A stretch of DNA of 64,000 bases from Flavobacteriaceae bacterium (lineage in GTDB: Bacteria; Bacteroidota; Bacteroidia; Flavobacteriales; Flavobacteriaceae), in assembly GCA_041392165.1 (NCBI GenBank), contig JAWKMN010000002.1:421897-485896 (forward strand), given 5' to 3'. The number at the start of each line of letters is the position of its first letter. The stretch's first letter is position 1. The notes beneath the pieces were generated by a model. That model saw only the letters and a list, made by a program, of their open reading frames with translations. It was not told where the DNA came from and did not search any database. This document shows positions 9,660 to 19,795 of the stretch, piece after piece. The position numbers and the translations under genes are program-made.

Positions 9660-10520
9660 GTGAAAAAATACTTGTTATTGCTGCTATGGGGAATTATAGT
9701 TAGCTGTACCACTAATTATGGACAGCTAACCTATATTACTAAACTTCCCAATAAATTAACCGAAAATTCGGGAATGGTACCGGCCAAGGATTCAACGGTT
9801 TGGTTTGTTATGGATAGCGGTAACCCCAATAAAATTTATCAGGCCAATTATAAAGGGGATCTTGTAAAGGAATTAAAAGTAAAGAATGCCAAAAACCACG
9901 ATTGGGAGGATATGGCGAACGATGAAAACGGTAATGTATATATTGGGGATTTTGGCAATAATGGCAATGACAGGAAAAATTTGGCCATTTATAAGATTCC
10001 CGACCCCAATGCAGAAAATGGGGATGATATAGAAGCGGAAAAGATTGAATTCCATTATCCTGAACAAACCCAATTTCCTCCAAAAAAGAACAAATTTCTA
10101 TATGATGCCGAGGCATTTTTTTATTACCGGAACAATTTTTATATCATTACCAAGAATAGGACCCGCCCCTTTAACGGGGAAGCCTTATTGTATAGGGTAC
10201 CTGCTTTAGAGGGCAGGCACAAGGCCCAATATTTGGGGTCGTTTGTTCCTCCCAAAGGTAAGATAGATGGTCAGGTAACCTCTGCCGATATTTCTCCCGA
10301 TGGCAAGACCATAGTATTGTTGGGAAAGGGTTCTTTATGGGTGTTTACTAATTTTACAATGGATAATTTCATTTCCAGTGGTACCCTAAAAACGATAGAT
10401 TTGGGCATATATACGCAATTGGAATCCGTTTCTTTTATCAATAACAATAGCTTACTACTTTCTGACGAGGAGTCAAGAAAAATGGGAAGAAATCTGTATT
10501 CTTTTGTGTTGGGCAACTAA
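9660..10520 (+). CDS. Predicted lipoprotein of unknown function
   Basis: A GTG at 9660 gives the signal VKKYLLLLLWGIIVSC. The remainder is beta-rich with repeated D/N-G motifs (DWEDMANDENGNVYIGDFGNNGND). No family was recognised with confidence. Confidence 0.55.
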   Translation: MKKYLLLLLWGIIVSCTTNYGQLTYITKLPNKLTENSGMVPAKDSTVWFVMDSGNPNKIYQANYKGDLVKELKVKNAKNHDWEDMANDENGNVYIGDFGNNGNDRKNLAIYKIPDPNAENGDDIEAEKIEFHYPEQTQFPPKKNKFLYDAEAFFYYRNNFYIITKNRTRPFNGEALLYRVPALEGRHKAQYLGSFVPPKGKIDGQVTSADISPDGKTIVLLGKGSLWVFTNFTMDNFISSGTLKTIDLGIYTQLESVSFINNNSLLLSDEESRKMGRNLYSFVLGN

Positions 10521-10549
10521 CCCAAGTACAAAAAATCTACAGTTCTATA

Positions 10550-13500
10550 TTAGAAACCAAAACCAACACCGAAGGAAATTCGTGGTCCGTCAACACTGTT
10601 GAACAAGGCAACCCTTGCAGTCATTACCTCAGCTCCATTAAGAAAAAATCCTCCCCCATAGGAGGTGTGCCATAGATCGGAACTTTCATTGGGGACCCAT
10701 ACCCTTCCGTAATCAAAACCGCCATATATCCCCATAGTAACGGGCAATAATCCTGTTTTTAGGCTTTTAAGGCTGTATCTAAGGTCTGTATTCTGGTAAT
10801 AACTGGTCTTACCGGAAAAGCGTTGGTTTCTAAAGCCTCTAAGTCCATCTGTTCCACCAATGTTGGCGGCCTGGTAAAATTCGTAATCGTTCCCTAAATT
10901 AAAGTGTGCCTTCCATTTGGAGGCAAGGACCAATCTGCCATTGGATATTAATTTATGATTAATGGAAAGGCTAGGAACTATGTAGGCATAGGCTTCTCCC
11001 CGGTTCTCTAAACTGGCCCTGTACCCCATGAGCAGTCCGGTAGCCATTCCCATAGTAGGGAAAGCGGCATTGTCCATATTTTGGTAGGTGTATTCCGCGT
11101 CCACTCCAAGAAAGCTGTTTTTATTTTCCTCTCCATTGGCCAGATAAAAGGTGTTAATAAATCGATCCTCGGTTTCTTCCACTTCCAGATTTTGAATAGA
11201 AATACCGGTTCTGAATTTTGCCCCTAGCTGTCCACGCCAAATCAAAGAGGGGGAAAAACTTAAGGTTTGAATCTTTACCCTATTGTAATCCATCCCCAAA
11301 GTGTTGTCAAAATTTTCGGTCCCATTCCCGGTTCCAAAAAAGTTAACGCTAAAATTAGGGCTGGTAAAATGGGCGGCCAGTTCCAAATTCCAGTTTTCGA
11401 AGATATGGGCAAATTCTCCTTTATAGCCCAATTCAAAGCCGTTGGTGGCAAAGTAATAGGCGGCATTGTAATTGTGCTGGTTGGTATAAGGGTTTTGCCG
11501 TAGTCCATAAAAGGTATTAGTGGCATTAAAACCAAGTTTCACCCCGTCATCGGGATTAAAGCCTACGGTTGGGATTATCTGCCGTGTACTGTTCCTAAGT
11601 TTTAGCGGTTGATAGGTATTGGTTTGGTAATCGTTGGTAAGGATAAGCTTGGCTCCCTTAATTTTCTTGAAGGTGTTTTTTTTGTTCTTTTGGTCGTAAA
11701 TCCAAGCATTGTTACCTTCGGTTATATCATACACATCATTGTTCTGTCCGCCGATAAGTCTAATTTTTATTTTGTTGCGATCGGCCCCTGCCATTTCAAA
11801 TATATCATCGTCATCCAGGCCATAGATCCATATTTCCTGGGTGATATCGCGCTTGAATTTTTTATTAAAAAACAGCTTTTCCTTTTTCCCGTCAATGTTT
11901 CTAAAGGCTTTTATCTCTACTTCTTGCTTGGAAATATTGTTGATTTCGAACCAATCGTCCTTATCGGTCCCTTTTATGACAACATATTTGTTCAGGGCTA
12001 AAAAGTAATCATCGGCAATTTTGGGAAGGTTTTTGATTCGGGATAAAAGTATATGTTTTAAGTCAAGGATGTTTTTGTCCAAAATTTCTTGGGGCATGGC
12101 ATTAAAGGCTTCGTCTATTACCTCAGGGGTCAGGTTTTGTTGTATATAACGTACTTCTTTTTCCCAATCCGATTTTGTGGTTTCGGCCAATAGGGAAAGG
12201 TCCAGGCCATAGGCGTTCTTGTTAAAAGCTGCCACATTTCTAATGTCATTATTAAATCCTTCCATCATTTGAAGGGCGGGAATTATTCTAGTTGCCACTC
12301 CCATTAGGGCTCCATCCCCCCAAATGGAATACACTTGGTCCCGATCTCTTGGGATGGCCTCAAAAACGATCTTTCCCGATTCCTTATCTTTGACTTCTCC
12401 CCAGCGCCATTGATCGTCATGCCTGTCCCAATCGCCCATCACCATATCAAATAAGCGGGTCCTTAGATATCTTTTGGTATTGACCACATATTTTTCGTCC
12501 CGCCTAATTTTATCCATCATGTCCCAGGTGCTTTCAATCTTATTGGCATATCCAAAACTGCCCAATTCCCCATGGCCGTCGCCCACCTGTTCTTCCAAAA
12601 TGTAAAGTTCATCCCCAAATTCTCCATTAAATTCCGCCAAGGCGTTTTGTTTTGGGATATAGTATAATTTAGGGTTGGTATGGTAGAGTTCCAAGGCATC
12701 CGAAAGGGTTCCAACGCTAAGAAGGCCGTATGGTAATGCGCCGGTATAAAAATCCAATAAAAATTTTTCGGTATAGGTGTCCTTAAATTCCCCAAGGACG
12801 TATTTATCCTTAAACGCCATGGCCTGTAGGTATACTTCCGCACTTTTTTTAACCGCCCTTATTACGTATTCCCTTCCATTTTTATCGGTCAGCCGCAGGG
12901 ATTTGGATTGGTTGCCGCCCCCTTTACGTACCGGTTTTAAGCCTCCAAATAAAGTATCCAGCCTGAGGGTGGGCGCAGTTACTTCCATGGCGTAGTACTT
13001 CCTGTACCTATCTCCCCAAATAGTTTTGAAAAATTTACTTTTTTCAATGGCTTCCTTGTCGTAAACGGATGCCTTTACCTGTGCTGGAAGATCCTTGTTG
13101 TTAAATCTATAATTTTTGTTTCTGTCTGGGGGCAGTACCTGTGTGGAATATAGTAGCTCGGGATCATTATTTTTCCCTACCCCAAAATACTTTACTTGGG
13201 AAGAGCCATCCTTGTATACCTTTAATTCTGCAAAACCCATTCTGCCAGTTGAGAATTTGGCGCCGTTCAATAATCTGGTAGCACCTTCCTTGGCACCGGA
13301 ACCGCTAACGATCTGGGGAGTATTGTCCTCCAGAATATATTGAAGGGAATGTTCGTGTCCAGAGGTCAATATTACTTTTTGTGAATACTGTGCCATGGTT
13401 ATCAGACGATCCCGTAATTGGGTATATCTCTTATTTTGTAGATCGGCGTAGGAGGCACCACTTGTTTTTCTGATAAGGTTTACAAAAGAGCCTAAAATGG

Positions 13501-14257
13501 GGAATGGAAAGTTGCCTCCTATAGGGTTTAAATGAAGTTTTGCAGAGTACTCGCCGCCGTGGGGCCCGTAACTGAACATAGGATGGTGTAGGGCCAAAAT
13601 GGTAGTCTTGTCCCTATTTTTTTTAATAAGGCTTTCCAGTTCTTCAAAAAATATCTCCCTGTCCTTTATTTCACATTTGTCGTTCATTTTGGGGTGTTTG
13701 TCCCAATTGGTCAGGTACCATTCCGTATCAATGGCTATAAGCACTATTTTATCGCTGATATCAATTTTCGCTATGGGGCACCCATCTTCAGGAAAAAAGA
13801 CCTCTTTGCTATTCAATGTCATCTGAATATATTCTTGTTGTCTTTTTAGGCCTTCCAGCCCTTCATTGTACCAATCGTGGTTTCCTGGGATAAAAATAGG
13901 GGCGCCTTTATAATTTTTCAGGGTTTTTAATTGGGCATCCAAATTGTTTTTGGCCTCCAAATAAGCTTGGGGAGCATCTTTTTCATCTGGCATTCCGGCA
14001 GGATAGATGTTATCGCCCAAAAAGAGGGCGGTACTGTTTTTGTTGGCCTTTTCCAGAGTTTTTTGAAAAACTTTTAACGCCTCGTTTTGGCCGTCCATAG
14101 GAGATTTTCCCGCATCCCCTATCAGATAAAAAGTGTGCAATAATTCGCTGTTGCTGGAAATATCCTTTGGGGCGGCACTTTCCGCATATTTTGTTTTATA
14201 TGTGGCACAGCCTGTCAATAGAAAAAGTATGGATATAAGTAGGTAATGTTTCCTCAT
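10550..14257 (-). CDS. Large outer-membrane protein: N-terminal calcineurin-like metallophosphoesterase fused to a C-terminal Omp85/surface-antigen-type beta-barrel
   Basis: Signal MRKHYLLISILFLLTGC. Phosphoesterase motifs are YLIGDAG, FLGDNIY, PGNHDW, ALHHP and SGHEHS. The C-terminal ~300 aa are rich in aromatic/Gly beta-strand repeats and end in ISFGVGFGF, a typical OM barrel terminus. Confidence 0.75.
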   Translation of the reverse strand: MRKHYLLISILFLLTGCATYKTKYAESAAPKDISSNSELLHTFYLIGDAGKSPMDGQNEALKVFQKTLEKANKNSTALFLGDNIYPAGMPDEKDAPQAYLEAKNNLDAQLKTLKNYKGAPIFIPGNHDWYNEGLEGLKRQQEYIQMTLNSKEVFFPEDGCPIAKIDISDKIVLIAIDTEWYLTNWDKHPKMNDKCEIKDREIFFEELESLIKKNRDKTTILALHHPMFSYGPHGGEYSAKLHLNPIGGNFPFPILGSFVNLIRKTSGASYADLQNKRYTQLRDRLITMAQYSQKVILTSGHEHSLQYILEDNTPQIVSGSGAKEGATRLLNGAKFSTGRMGFAELKVYKDGSSQVKYFGVGKNNDPELLYSTQVLPPDRNKNYRFNNKDLPAQVKASVYDKEAIEKSKFFKTIWGDRYRKYYAMEVTAPTLRLDTLFGGLKPVRKGGGNQSKSLRLTDKNGREYVIRAVKKSAEVYLQAMAFKDKYVLGEFKDTYTEKFLLDFYTGALPYGLLSVGTLSDALELYHTNPKLYYIPKQNALAEFNGEFGDELYILEEQVGDGHGELGSFGYANKIESTWDMMDKIRRDEKYVVNTKRYLRTRLFDMVMGDWDRHDDQWRWGEVKDKESGKIVFEAIPRDRDQVYSIWGDGALMGVATRIIPALQMMEGFNNDIRNVAAFNKNAYGLDLSLLAETTKSDWEKEVRYIQQNLTPEVIDEAFNAMPQEILDKNILDLKHILLSRIKNLPKIADDYFLALNKYVVIKGTDKDDWFEINNISKQEVEIKAFRNIDGKKEKLFFNKKFKRDITQEIWIYGLDDDDIFEMAGADRNKIKIRLIGGQNNDVYDITEGNNAWIYDQKNKKNTFKKIKGAKLILTNDYQTNTYQPLKLRNSTRQIIPTVGFNPDDGVKLGFNATNTFYGLRQNPYTNQHNYNAAYYFATNGFELGYKGEFAHIFENWNLELAAHFTSPNFSVNFFGTGNGTENFDNTLGMDYNRVKIQTLSFSPSLIWRGQLGAKFRTGISIQNLEVEETEDRFINTFYLANGEENKNSFLGVDAEYTYQNMDNAAFPTMGMATGLLMGYRASLENRGEAYAYIVPSLSINHKLISNGRLVLASKWKAHFNLGNDYEFYQAANIGGTDGLRGFRNQRFSGKTSYYQNTDLRYSLKSLKTGLLPVTMGIYGGFDYGRVWVPNESSDLWHTSYGGGFFLNGAEVMTARVALFNSVDGPRISFGVGFGF

Positions 14258-14311
14258 GTACATCAGATTAGAAATCAAAATTTTGTAATTTGTGGGTCAT
14301 AATTAACACTT

Positions 14312-15502
14312 ATGTCGGAAATCCTAGAAAAAGCTGAAACTTTTGTTGTCGATTTATTATCCAATAATTTGGATTCCAGTTATTTGTACCACAATTTGAG
14401 CCATACCCAGCGGGTGGTTAAAAGTACTAAAGAATTATTGAACTTTTATAATTTGGAGGAGGAGGAAAACGAGATTGTTCTATTGGCAGCGTGGTTGCAT
14501 GATACCGGATATACAAAAGGTTCCAAGGATCATGAGGAGGCCAGTTGTAATATAGCCCGCAATTTTTTGGACCGACAGGCGTATGATGAACAAAAAATAG
14601 ATGGTGTGTGCAGCCTTATTATGGCAAGCAAAAGATTCCATGAGCCTCAAAATCTTTTGGAGGAGATCATAAGGGATGCCGATTGTTCCCATTTTGGGAA
14701 GAAAAGCTATATGGAAACTTCCGAACTGCTTAGGGAAGAGTTGGAAACTTTAGGTTTGGCATCCTATTCGCAAAAGGAATGGCGAGAGGCAAACCTTAAG
14801 ATGCTCCAAACGGAACAACGTTTTTATACCGATTTTGCCCTTCAAAATTGGCAGGAAGAAAAGAATAAAAATATAAGAAGGCTGATCAAAGGAAAAAACG
14901 CAGATGAAAATTTGGTAAAAAAGGAAAAATTAAAGGCCAAATATAAGAGCGAAAGCCCCGATCGTGGTATACAGACCCTGTTTCGGGTAACTCTTAAAAA
15001 TCATTTAATGCTCAGTGATATTGCCGATACCAAAGCGAATATCCTACTATCGGTAAATGCCATTATTATTTCATTGGTATTGTCCAATTTAATGACCAAA
15101 CTGGACAATCCGTCCAATAATTACCTGGTTTATCCCACCCTGTTATTTGTTGTTTTTAGTGTTGTATCCATGGTACTTGCCGTTCTTGCCACAAGGCCTA
15201 ATGTTACACAGGGCGAATTTACCAAGGAGGATGTTCGGCAGCGCAAGGTGAACCTATTGTTTTTTGGAAATTTTCATAAAATGAAATTGGAAGATTACCA
15301 ATGGGCCATAAACGAATTGGTACAGGATAAGGAATATATATATTCCTCATTGACCAAGGATCTATATTATCTTGGATTGGTGCTGAACAGGAAGTATAAA
15401 ATACTGAGATGGACCTACACTATCTTTATCATAGGAATGATTATTTCCGTACTTGCCTTTATCGTTTCCTTTAAGTATTTTGGTCCGGATCGCGGTTTGT
15501 GA
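14312..15502 (+). CDS. HD-domain protein fused to a C-terminal Pycsar-effector-like (PycTM/DUF5706-type) transmembrane module
   Basis: The N-terminal HD signature is HNLSHTQRV...LLAAWLHDTGY...RDADCSHFG. The C-terminal half has RGIQTLFRVTLKNHLMLSDIADTKANILLSVNAIIISLVL and further hydrophobic helices. From memory, this resembles the membrane domain annotated on Pycsar effectors. Confidence 0.65.
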   Translation: MSEILEKAETFVVDLLSNNLDSSYLYHNLSHTQRVVKSTKELLNFYNLEEEENEIVLLAAWLHDTGYTKGSKDHEEASCNIARNFLDRQAYDEQKIDGVCSLIMASKRFHEPQNLLEEIIRDADCSHFGKKSYMETSELLREELETLGLASYSQKEWREANLKMLQTEQRFYTDFALQNWQEEKNKNIRRLIKGKNADENLVKKEKLKAKYKSESPDRGIQTLFRVTLKNHLMLSDIADTKANILLSVNAIIISLVLSNLMTKLDNPSNNYLVYPTLLFVVFSVVSMVLAVLATRPNVTQGEFTKEDVRQRKVNLLFFGNFHKMKLEDYQWAINELVQDKEYIYSSLTKDLYYLGLVLNRKYKILRWTYTIFIIGMIISVLAFIVSFKYFGPDRGL

Positions 15503-15517
15503 CCAAAGGAAACAATG

Positions 15518-17887
15518 TTATTTGTTCAATTCCAGCATTAAGTCCTCATAGGTATAGGTTTTTTCCTTTTCATCATTGGAACGGTATAGAATGGAAGCCC
15601 TGATGGCTTTTAGCCCAGAAATCCCCTGTAATCCTTCCAATTCTACAATTTCAACCTTGCCGCTGAAGTAACCTTTGGATTTGAGGAATCTAATATAGCG
15701 CAGGTATTCCTGTTCATCCTTTTTTTGTGAATAGACTATGGCAATTTTACCCGCTTGGGTCAACCTTTCGTTGGTTCCTTTAATAAAGGACTTATCAATT
15801 CTTTTTTTTATGATCTCATACCTGGCATTGTAGGTGCCGTCCACGTCGAAACGTTTTTCGTCCATCCTAAAGCGAATGGATAAAGAGCCGTTATATACCA
15901 GAATAAGCGATGTTACGTTCAATGGCACCTGTAACTTGGATTTAAGGTTATAATGCTTGTTTTCCATTTCACAGATAACCTGTAGTTGCCATAACCTTAG
16001 GTTGTTGAGGTAGAGTAGGTCGAACTCTCTTGCTCCGGTTATGGAATCCCCTATGTACATATTGTGCTCCACGCCATCGGTCTTGTACCTTTCAAAATAA
16101 TGTGGGTACATTTTCTGGGCTTCCTCCTGTTTGCCGTCGATTACCGAAGCCAACTTTTTGTTGATCAGCATTACGCTTTGATCATAGTTTTTTCTGTGAT
16201 CGTAATAGGAACCGGTTCCTTTGTCTATTTTTGCCTCATAGGAAAGCAAAAGATTTTGAATATAGGAATCGGATTTTTTGATATGCTCGAATACCGGATT
16301 TATTTCTTCCTGTACAAAATCGGAAATGGCCTGTTCGCTATTGGTATGTAGGACCTCCCTGATTTCCTCAAGGAGGTTGTCTACCCTGAATATAAGTTCT
16401 TCGTAAATGGGCAAATTATACTTTTGCCAAACCTGGGTCATTATTTGTTTAATTTCGGACAATTGGATCATGAGGTCCCTTTGGATTGCCTTATTTCTTT
16501 CCTGGGAGGAATTTTGAATATCTACCTGTCCATATAACGGATATACTTCATCAAAGACAATTTCACGAAAAGAAGGCTGTAGGCCTTCCTGGCTTTCTTT
16601 TATAAAGCGTTTTGCTACTTCTTTAAATTTCCAATATACCGAAGGATGAACGGAAGTACACTCGTTCTGGATGACCGCATCTATTAAATTTTCTTCCTCT
16701 TCAAGAGATCGCAGTACGGCCGAAACAATATAGGGGACTACATCGTCCAATTTCTTTGCATTAACACTATTAAAGTCGTTTGCCCTGTCCGAAACCAATT
16801 CCAACACCCCCAATAATTGACCTTCTTTGGCAATAGGGGCCAAGAGGGCACTTTTAATTTTTTGATCGTACAGACAGTCATATGGTGCCATACCGTCTGA
16901 AACCTTGTAATGCTTCTCAACATCGCTAATTACAAAGTAGTCGTTTTGCTCGATCAATTTACTGTATGAGGATTTGCATAGTGCCTCATTACATATTTCA
17001 ACTTGTTTTTTTTGTAGAATAAAGCTGTCTATTCCATTTGCCGGAACCCTTTCAAATTGCTCTGCCTTGGAATTGTACACCGAGAATCCAATACGCATAT
17101 TGGGTAATCCAAATAAAGATTTAAAGGTTTCTTCTACCCCCTTAATGAAATTGCCTCCACTTTTGTCCTTAATGATCAGGCTGGATTTTATTTCGGAGAT
17201 GGAATGCTCTGCGGTAACATCGAACATGTTCGAGATTACAAACCCTTTGCTGATAAAGCTATTGGGCGGGATCTTTGCTTTCCATAGATCTACATTATCT
17301 ATATTTTCCAATAATTTATCTACGTCTTCCCGGGTAATTTCCAAGGGCTTCCCATTGGGAATGATTTCCATGAAATCGGCATTGTACAAAATCCGGTAAT
17401 GCCTCATTACACCTTTGGCATCGGGAATATCGTAAAAAAAGGGTCTTTTGAAATCCAGGTTAAATCCGTAATAAAAATTAAGGATGACCACACAGGCCAT
17501 GATATAACTTACCCCTTCTTCTTGGTTCCTTATCCTTGGCAGATAATTAGGCCCGGCTGCTGCCAATATTTTTTCAAAGCGCCTACTGGAGTTATATATG
17601 ATATCCGTGTAAGGAGAGGAAGCCGTTTTTATTTCGTTGGCAGTAAGTACCGATGAAAACAGGTCCTGCAGAATAATTTGAATTACATCCTTGCGTTTTT
17701 CCAAAATATCGATATCGGTGAAGCCATCACGTAATTCCGGAAATGGAGCCTGGGCATCCAGAATATAACGCGCCTTGGTAGCCAAAAACGAATCATCGCT
17801 TTGCGCCATTTCATCATATTGCTTCAATAATTTATTAAAGCTAATATGATGTTCGAGAGGTGATATTTTATCGGAAAATCCCTTCAT
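15518..17887 (-). CDS. Large GAF-domain-containing protein, function unknown
   Basis: 830-aa tracked ORF with a central GAF-like segment (ALLAPIAKEGQLLGVLELVSDRANDFN). The start was placed at Met42 (17887) to leave a realistic divergent promoter region. The start at 18010 is also possible. Confidence 0.6.
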   Translation of the reverse strand: MKGFSDKISPLEHHISFNKLLKQYDEMAQSDDSFLATKARYILDAQAPFPELRDGFTDIDILEKRKDVIQIILQDLFSSVLTANEIKTASSPYTDIIYNSSRRFEKILAAAGPNYLPRIRNQEEGVSYIMACVVILNFYYGFNLDFKRPFFYDIPDAKGVMRHYRILYNADFMEIIPNGKPLEITREDVDKLLENIDNVDLWKAKIPPNSFISKGFVISNMFDVTAEHSISEIKSSLIIKDKSGGNFIKGVEETFKSLFGLPNMRIGFSVYNSKAEQFERVPANGIDSFILQKKQVEICNEALCKSSYSKLIEQNDYFVISDVEKHYKVSDGMAPYDCLYDQKIKSALLAPIAKEGQLLGVLELVSDRANDFNSVNAKKLDDVVPYIVSAVLRSLEEEENLIDAVIQNECTSVHPSVYWKFKEVAKRFIKESQEGLQPSFREIVFDEVYPLYGQVDIQNSSQERNKAIQRDLMIQLSEIKQIMTQVWQKYNLPIYEELIFRVDNLLEEIREVLHTNSEQAISDFVQEEINPVFEHIKKSDSYIQNLLLSYEAKIDKGTGSYYDHRKNYDQSVMLINKKLASVIDGKQEEAQKMYPHYFERYKTDGVEHNMYIGDSITGAREFDLLYLNNLRLWQLQVICEMENKHYNLKSKLQVPLNVTSLILVYNGSLSIRFRMDEKRFDVDGTYNARYEIIKKRIDKSFIKGTNERLTQAGKIAIVYSQKKDEQEYLRYIRFLKSKGYFSGKVEIVELEGLQGISGLKAIRASILYRSNDEKEKTYTYEDLMLELNK

Positions 17888-18092
17888 TGCAATCCTTAGT
17901 CCATATTTGGACCGTAAAATTACAAAAGAAATCGATTTATTCCCTAGATCCGGACATATCCGAACAACCCCATTTTTTGGTTGTATAACGAATGTCTTGG
18001 GTTTGGGCATGTTACGGGACCATTTTTTACGATACTATTGATAAACCTTAATGTCCCCAGCTAAAAAAGTATTACCTTTTCGCCCAAAACCA

Positions 18093-18995
18093 ATGTCCTC
18101 ATTTACCAGATTGTCCCGGGCTTATAAAAATGCTAAAATCCTGCCTTTTGATGATAGCTCCAAAATAGTTTTATTTAGTGACTGCCATAGGGGGGATAGT
18201 AGTTTTGCGGACGAATTTGCCAATAATCGCAATATATACATCCATGCCCTTAGGTACTATTTTAACGAAGGCTATACATACTGCGAATTAGGGGATGGGG
18301 ATGAACTATGGGAGAATCTCAGTTTTGACTCCATTTTTACGGCGCATAAGAATGTATATAAACTTTTAAGGCAATTTCATTTGGAAAAAAGGCTCCATAT
18401 GATTTGGGGGAATCATGACATGGTGTATAAAGATCCATTGTATGTGGAAAGGAATTTATCGTTCTATTTTGAGCCTATTGACGATTGCAATAAAGAATTG
18501 TTCGAGGATATCACTTACCATGAGGCCATAATTTTAAAGCATAGTGAAAGTGGCCAAGAGTTGTTTTTGACGCATGGCCACCAAGCAGATTGGTGGAACT
18601 ACACCTTTTGGCGGTGGGGCAGGTTCCTGGTGCGTGTTTTATGGAAGCCGTTGCAGGTGTGGGGCATTGCCGACCCTACAAGTCCCGCCAAAAATTACAA
18701 GGAACTTATCAAGATTGAAAGGCGCATAAAAAAATGGATTTTGGCCAACAATGAAATATTGACGATTGCAGGCCATACCCACAGGCCACGTTTTCCTATA
18801 CCTGGGGAAATACCATTCTTCAACGATGGTAGTTGCGTGCATCCGCGAAGTATTACCGGAATTGAAATCCAGAAAGGAACCATATCCCTTATTAAATGGG
18901 AAATAGCGACCAAGGATGATGGTACCTTGCAGATAGTAAGAATATTATTGGAGGGTCCCCAACAGTTAATAAGTTACAGGAAAGCTAAACCCTAG
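18093..18995 (+). CDS. Calcineurin-like metallophosphoesterase
   Basis: Motifs LFSDCHRGD, ELGDGDELWE, IWGNHD, THGHQAD, IAGHTHRP. The start was placed at the internal Met (18093); the tracked start is 18051. Confidence 0.75.
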   Translation: MSSFTRLSRAYKNAKILPFDDSSKIVLFSDCHRGDSSFADEFANNRNIYIHALRYYFNEGYTYCELGDGDELWENLSFDSIFTAHKNVYKLLRQFHLEKRLHMIWGNHDMVYKDPLYVERNLSFYFEPIDDCNKELFEDITYHEAIILKHSESGQELFLTHGHQADWWNYTFWRWGRFLVRVLWKPLQVWGIADPTSPAKNYKELIKIERRIKKWILANNEILTIAGHTHRPRFPIPGEIPFFNDGSCVHPRSITGIEIQKGTISLIKWEIATKDDGTLQIVRILLEGPQQLISYRKAKP

Positions 18996-19069
18996 ATCTG
19001 CACTAGTGCCGTAAATTGGGGATGCCACAATGAAGATGTGGCAGAATTAAAGGAATTGTTTTGCGATGG

Positions 19070-19795
19070 TTATTGCAGCCTAAATGTAATAGGGATGGTA
19101 TAGGGAACCTTAACTGCCCTTCCCCTCTGCTTTCCTGGTGTCATTTGCGGTAGTGCGGCAATAATACGGGAAGCTTCCTTTTCCAATAGCTTGTCCGGCC
19201 CCCTTGTTCGTATATTGGTTATGTGGCCGGTATTGTCTATAATAAATTGTACGTATACCTTGCCTTCAATGCCCAATTCCACGGCAACATCGGGATAGTT
19301 GAATTGTTTTATGATGTGCTCCTGTATTTTTTTTTGAAAACAAGCTTTTTGGGCTTCGTTGGAGGTTTCCTTACATCCTGGAAATACGGGAACGTTTTCT
19401 ATTACGGCAAAGGGCACTTCAATATCTTCCTCTTCCTCCTCCACTACTGCTATATCTTCGGCCTTTAATGTTGCCTCCTCCACAATGGTCTCCTGATCTA
19501 TTTCAGTGCTTTGAATCAGCGTTTCCTCTATTTCCGCCACATCCTCAACAATCTCTATAATTTCGGGGGCGGCAGGAGGAGCAGGGGGTGGCGGAACATT
19601 CAATGCCTCGGTAACCGGTACTTTTTCGTCCAAGTATTCCGTTACCGTCAACTGCTCCATATCGGTATTTGATTTTGGATATGTTTTCAACTCCAAGGCC
19701 CTCCAAACAATAAATAATACTATGACAAGGCCAATTACAAAGAAAAGTCCGCTTTGTCTGTCTAAATCGGCCCTGGGATATTTTTTTGGTTCCAT
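19070..19795 (-). CDS. TonB-family energy transducer
   Basis: N-terminal membrane anchor (GLFFVIGLVIVLFIVW), a Pro-rich linker (PPPPAPPAAPE), an acidic spacer, and a C-terminal TonB fold (GKVYVQFIIDNTGHITNIRTRGP...PGKQRGRAVKVPYTIPITF). Confidence 0.8.
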   Translation of the reverse strand: MEPKKYPRADLDRQSGLFFVIGLVIVLFIVWRALELKTYPKSNTDMEQLTVTEYLDEKVPVTEALNVPPPPAPPAAPEIIEIVEDVAEIEETLIQSTEIDQETIVEEATLKAEDIAVVEEEEEDIEVPFAVIENVPVFPGCKETSNEAQKACFQKKIQEHIIKQFNYPDVAVELGIEGKVYVQFIIDNTGHITNIRTRGPDKLLEKEASRIIAALPQMTPGKQRGRAVKVPYTIPITFRLQ

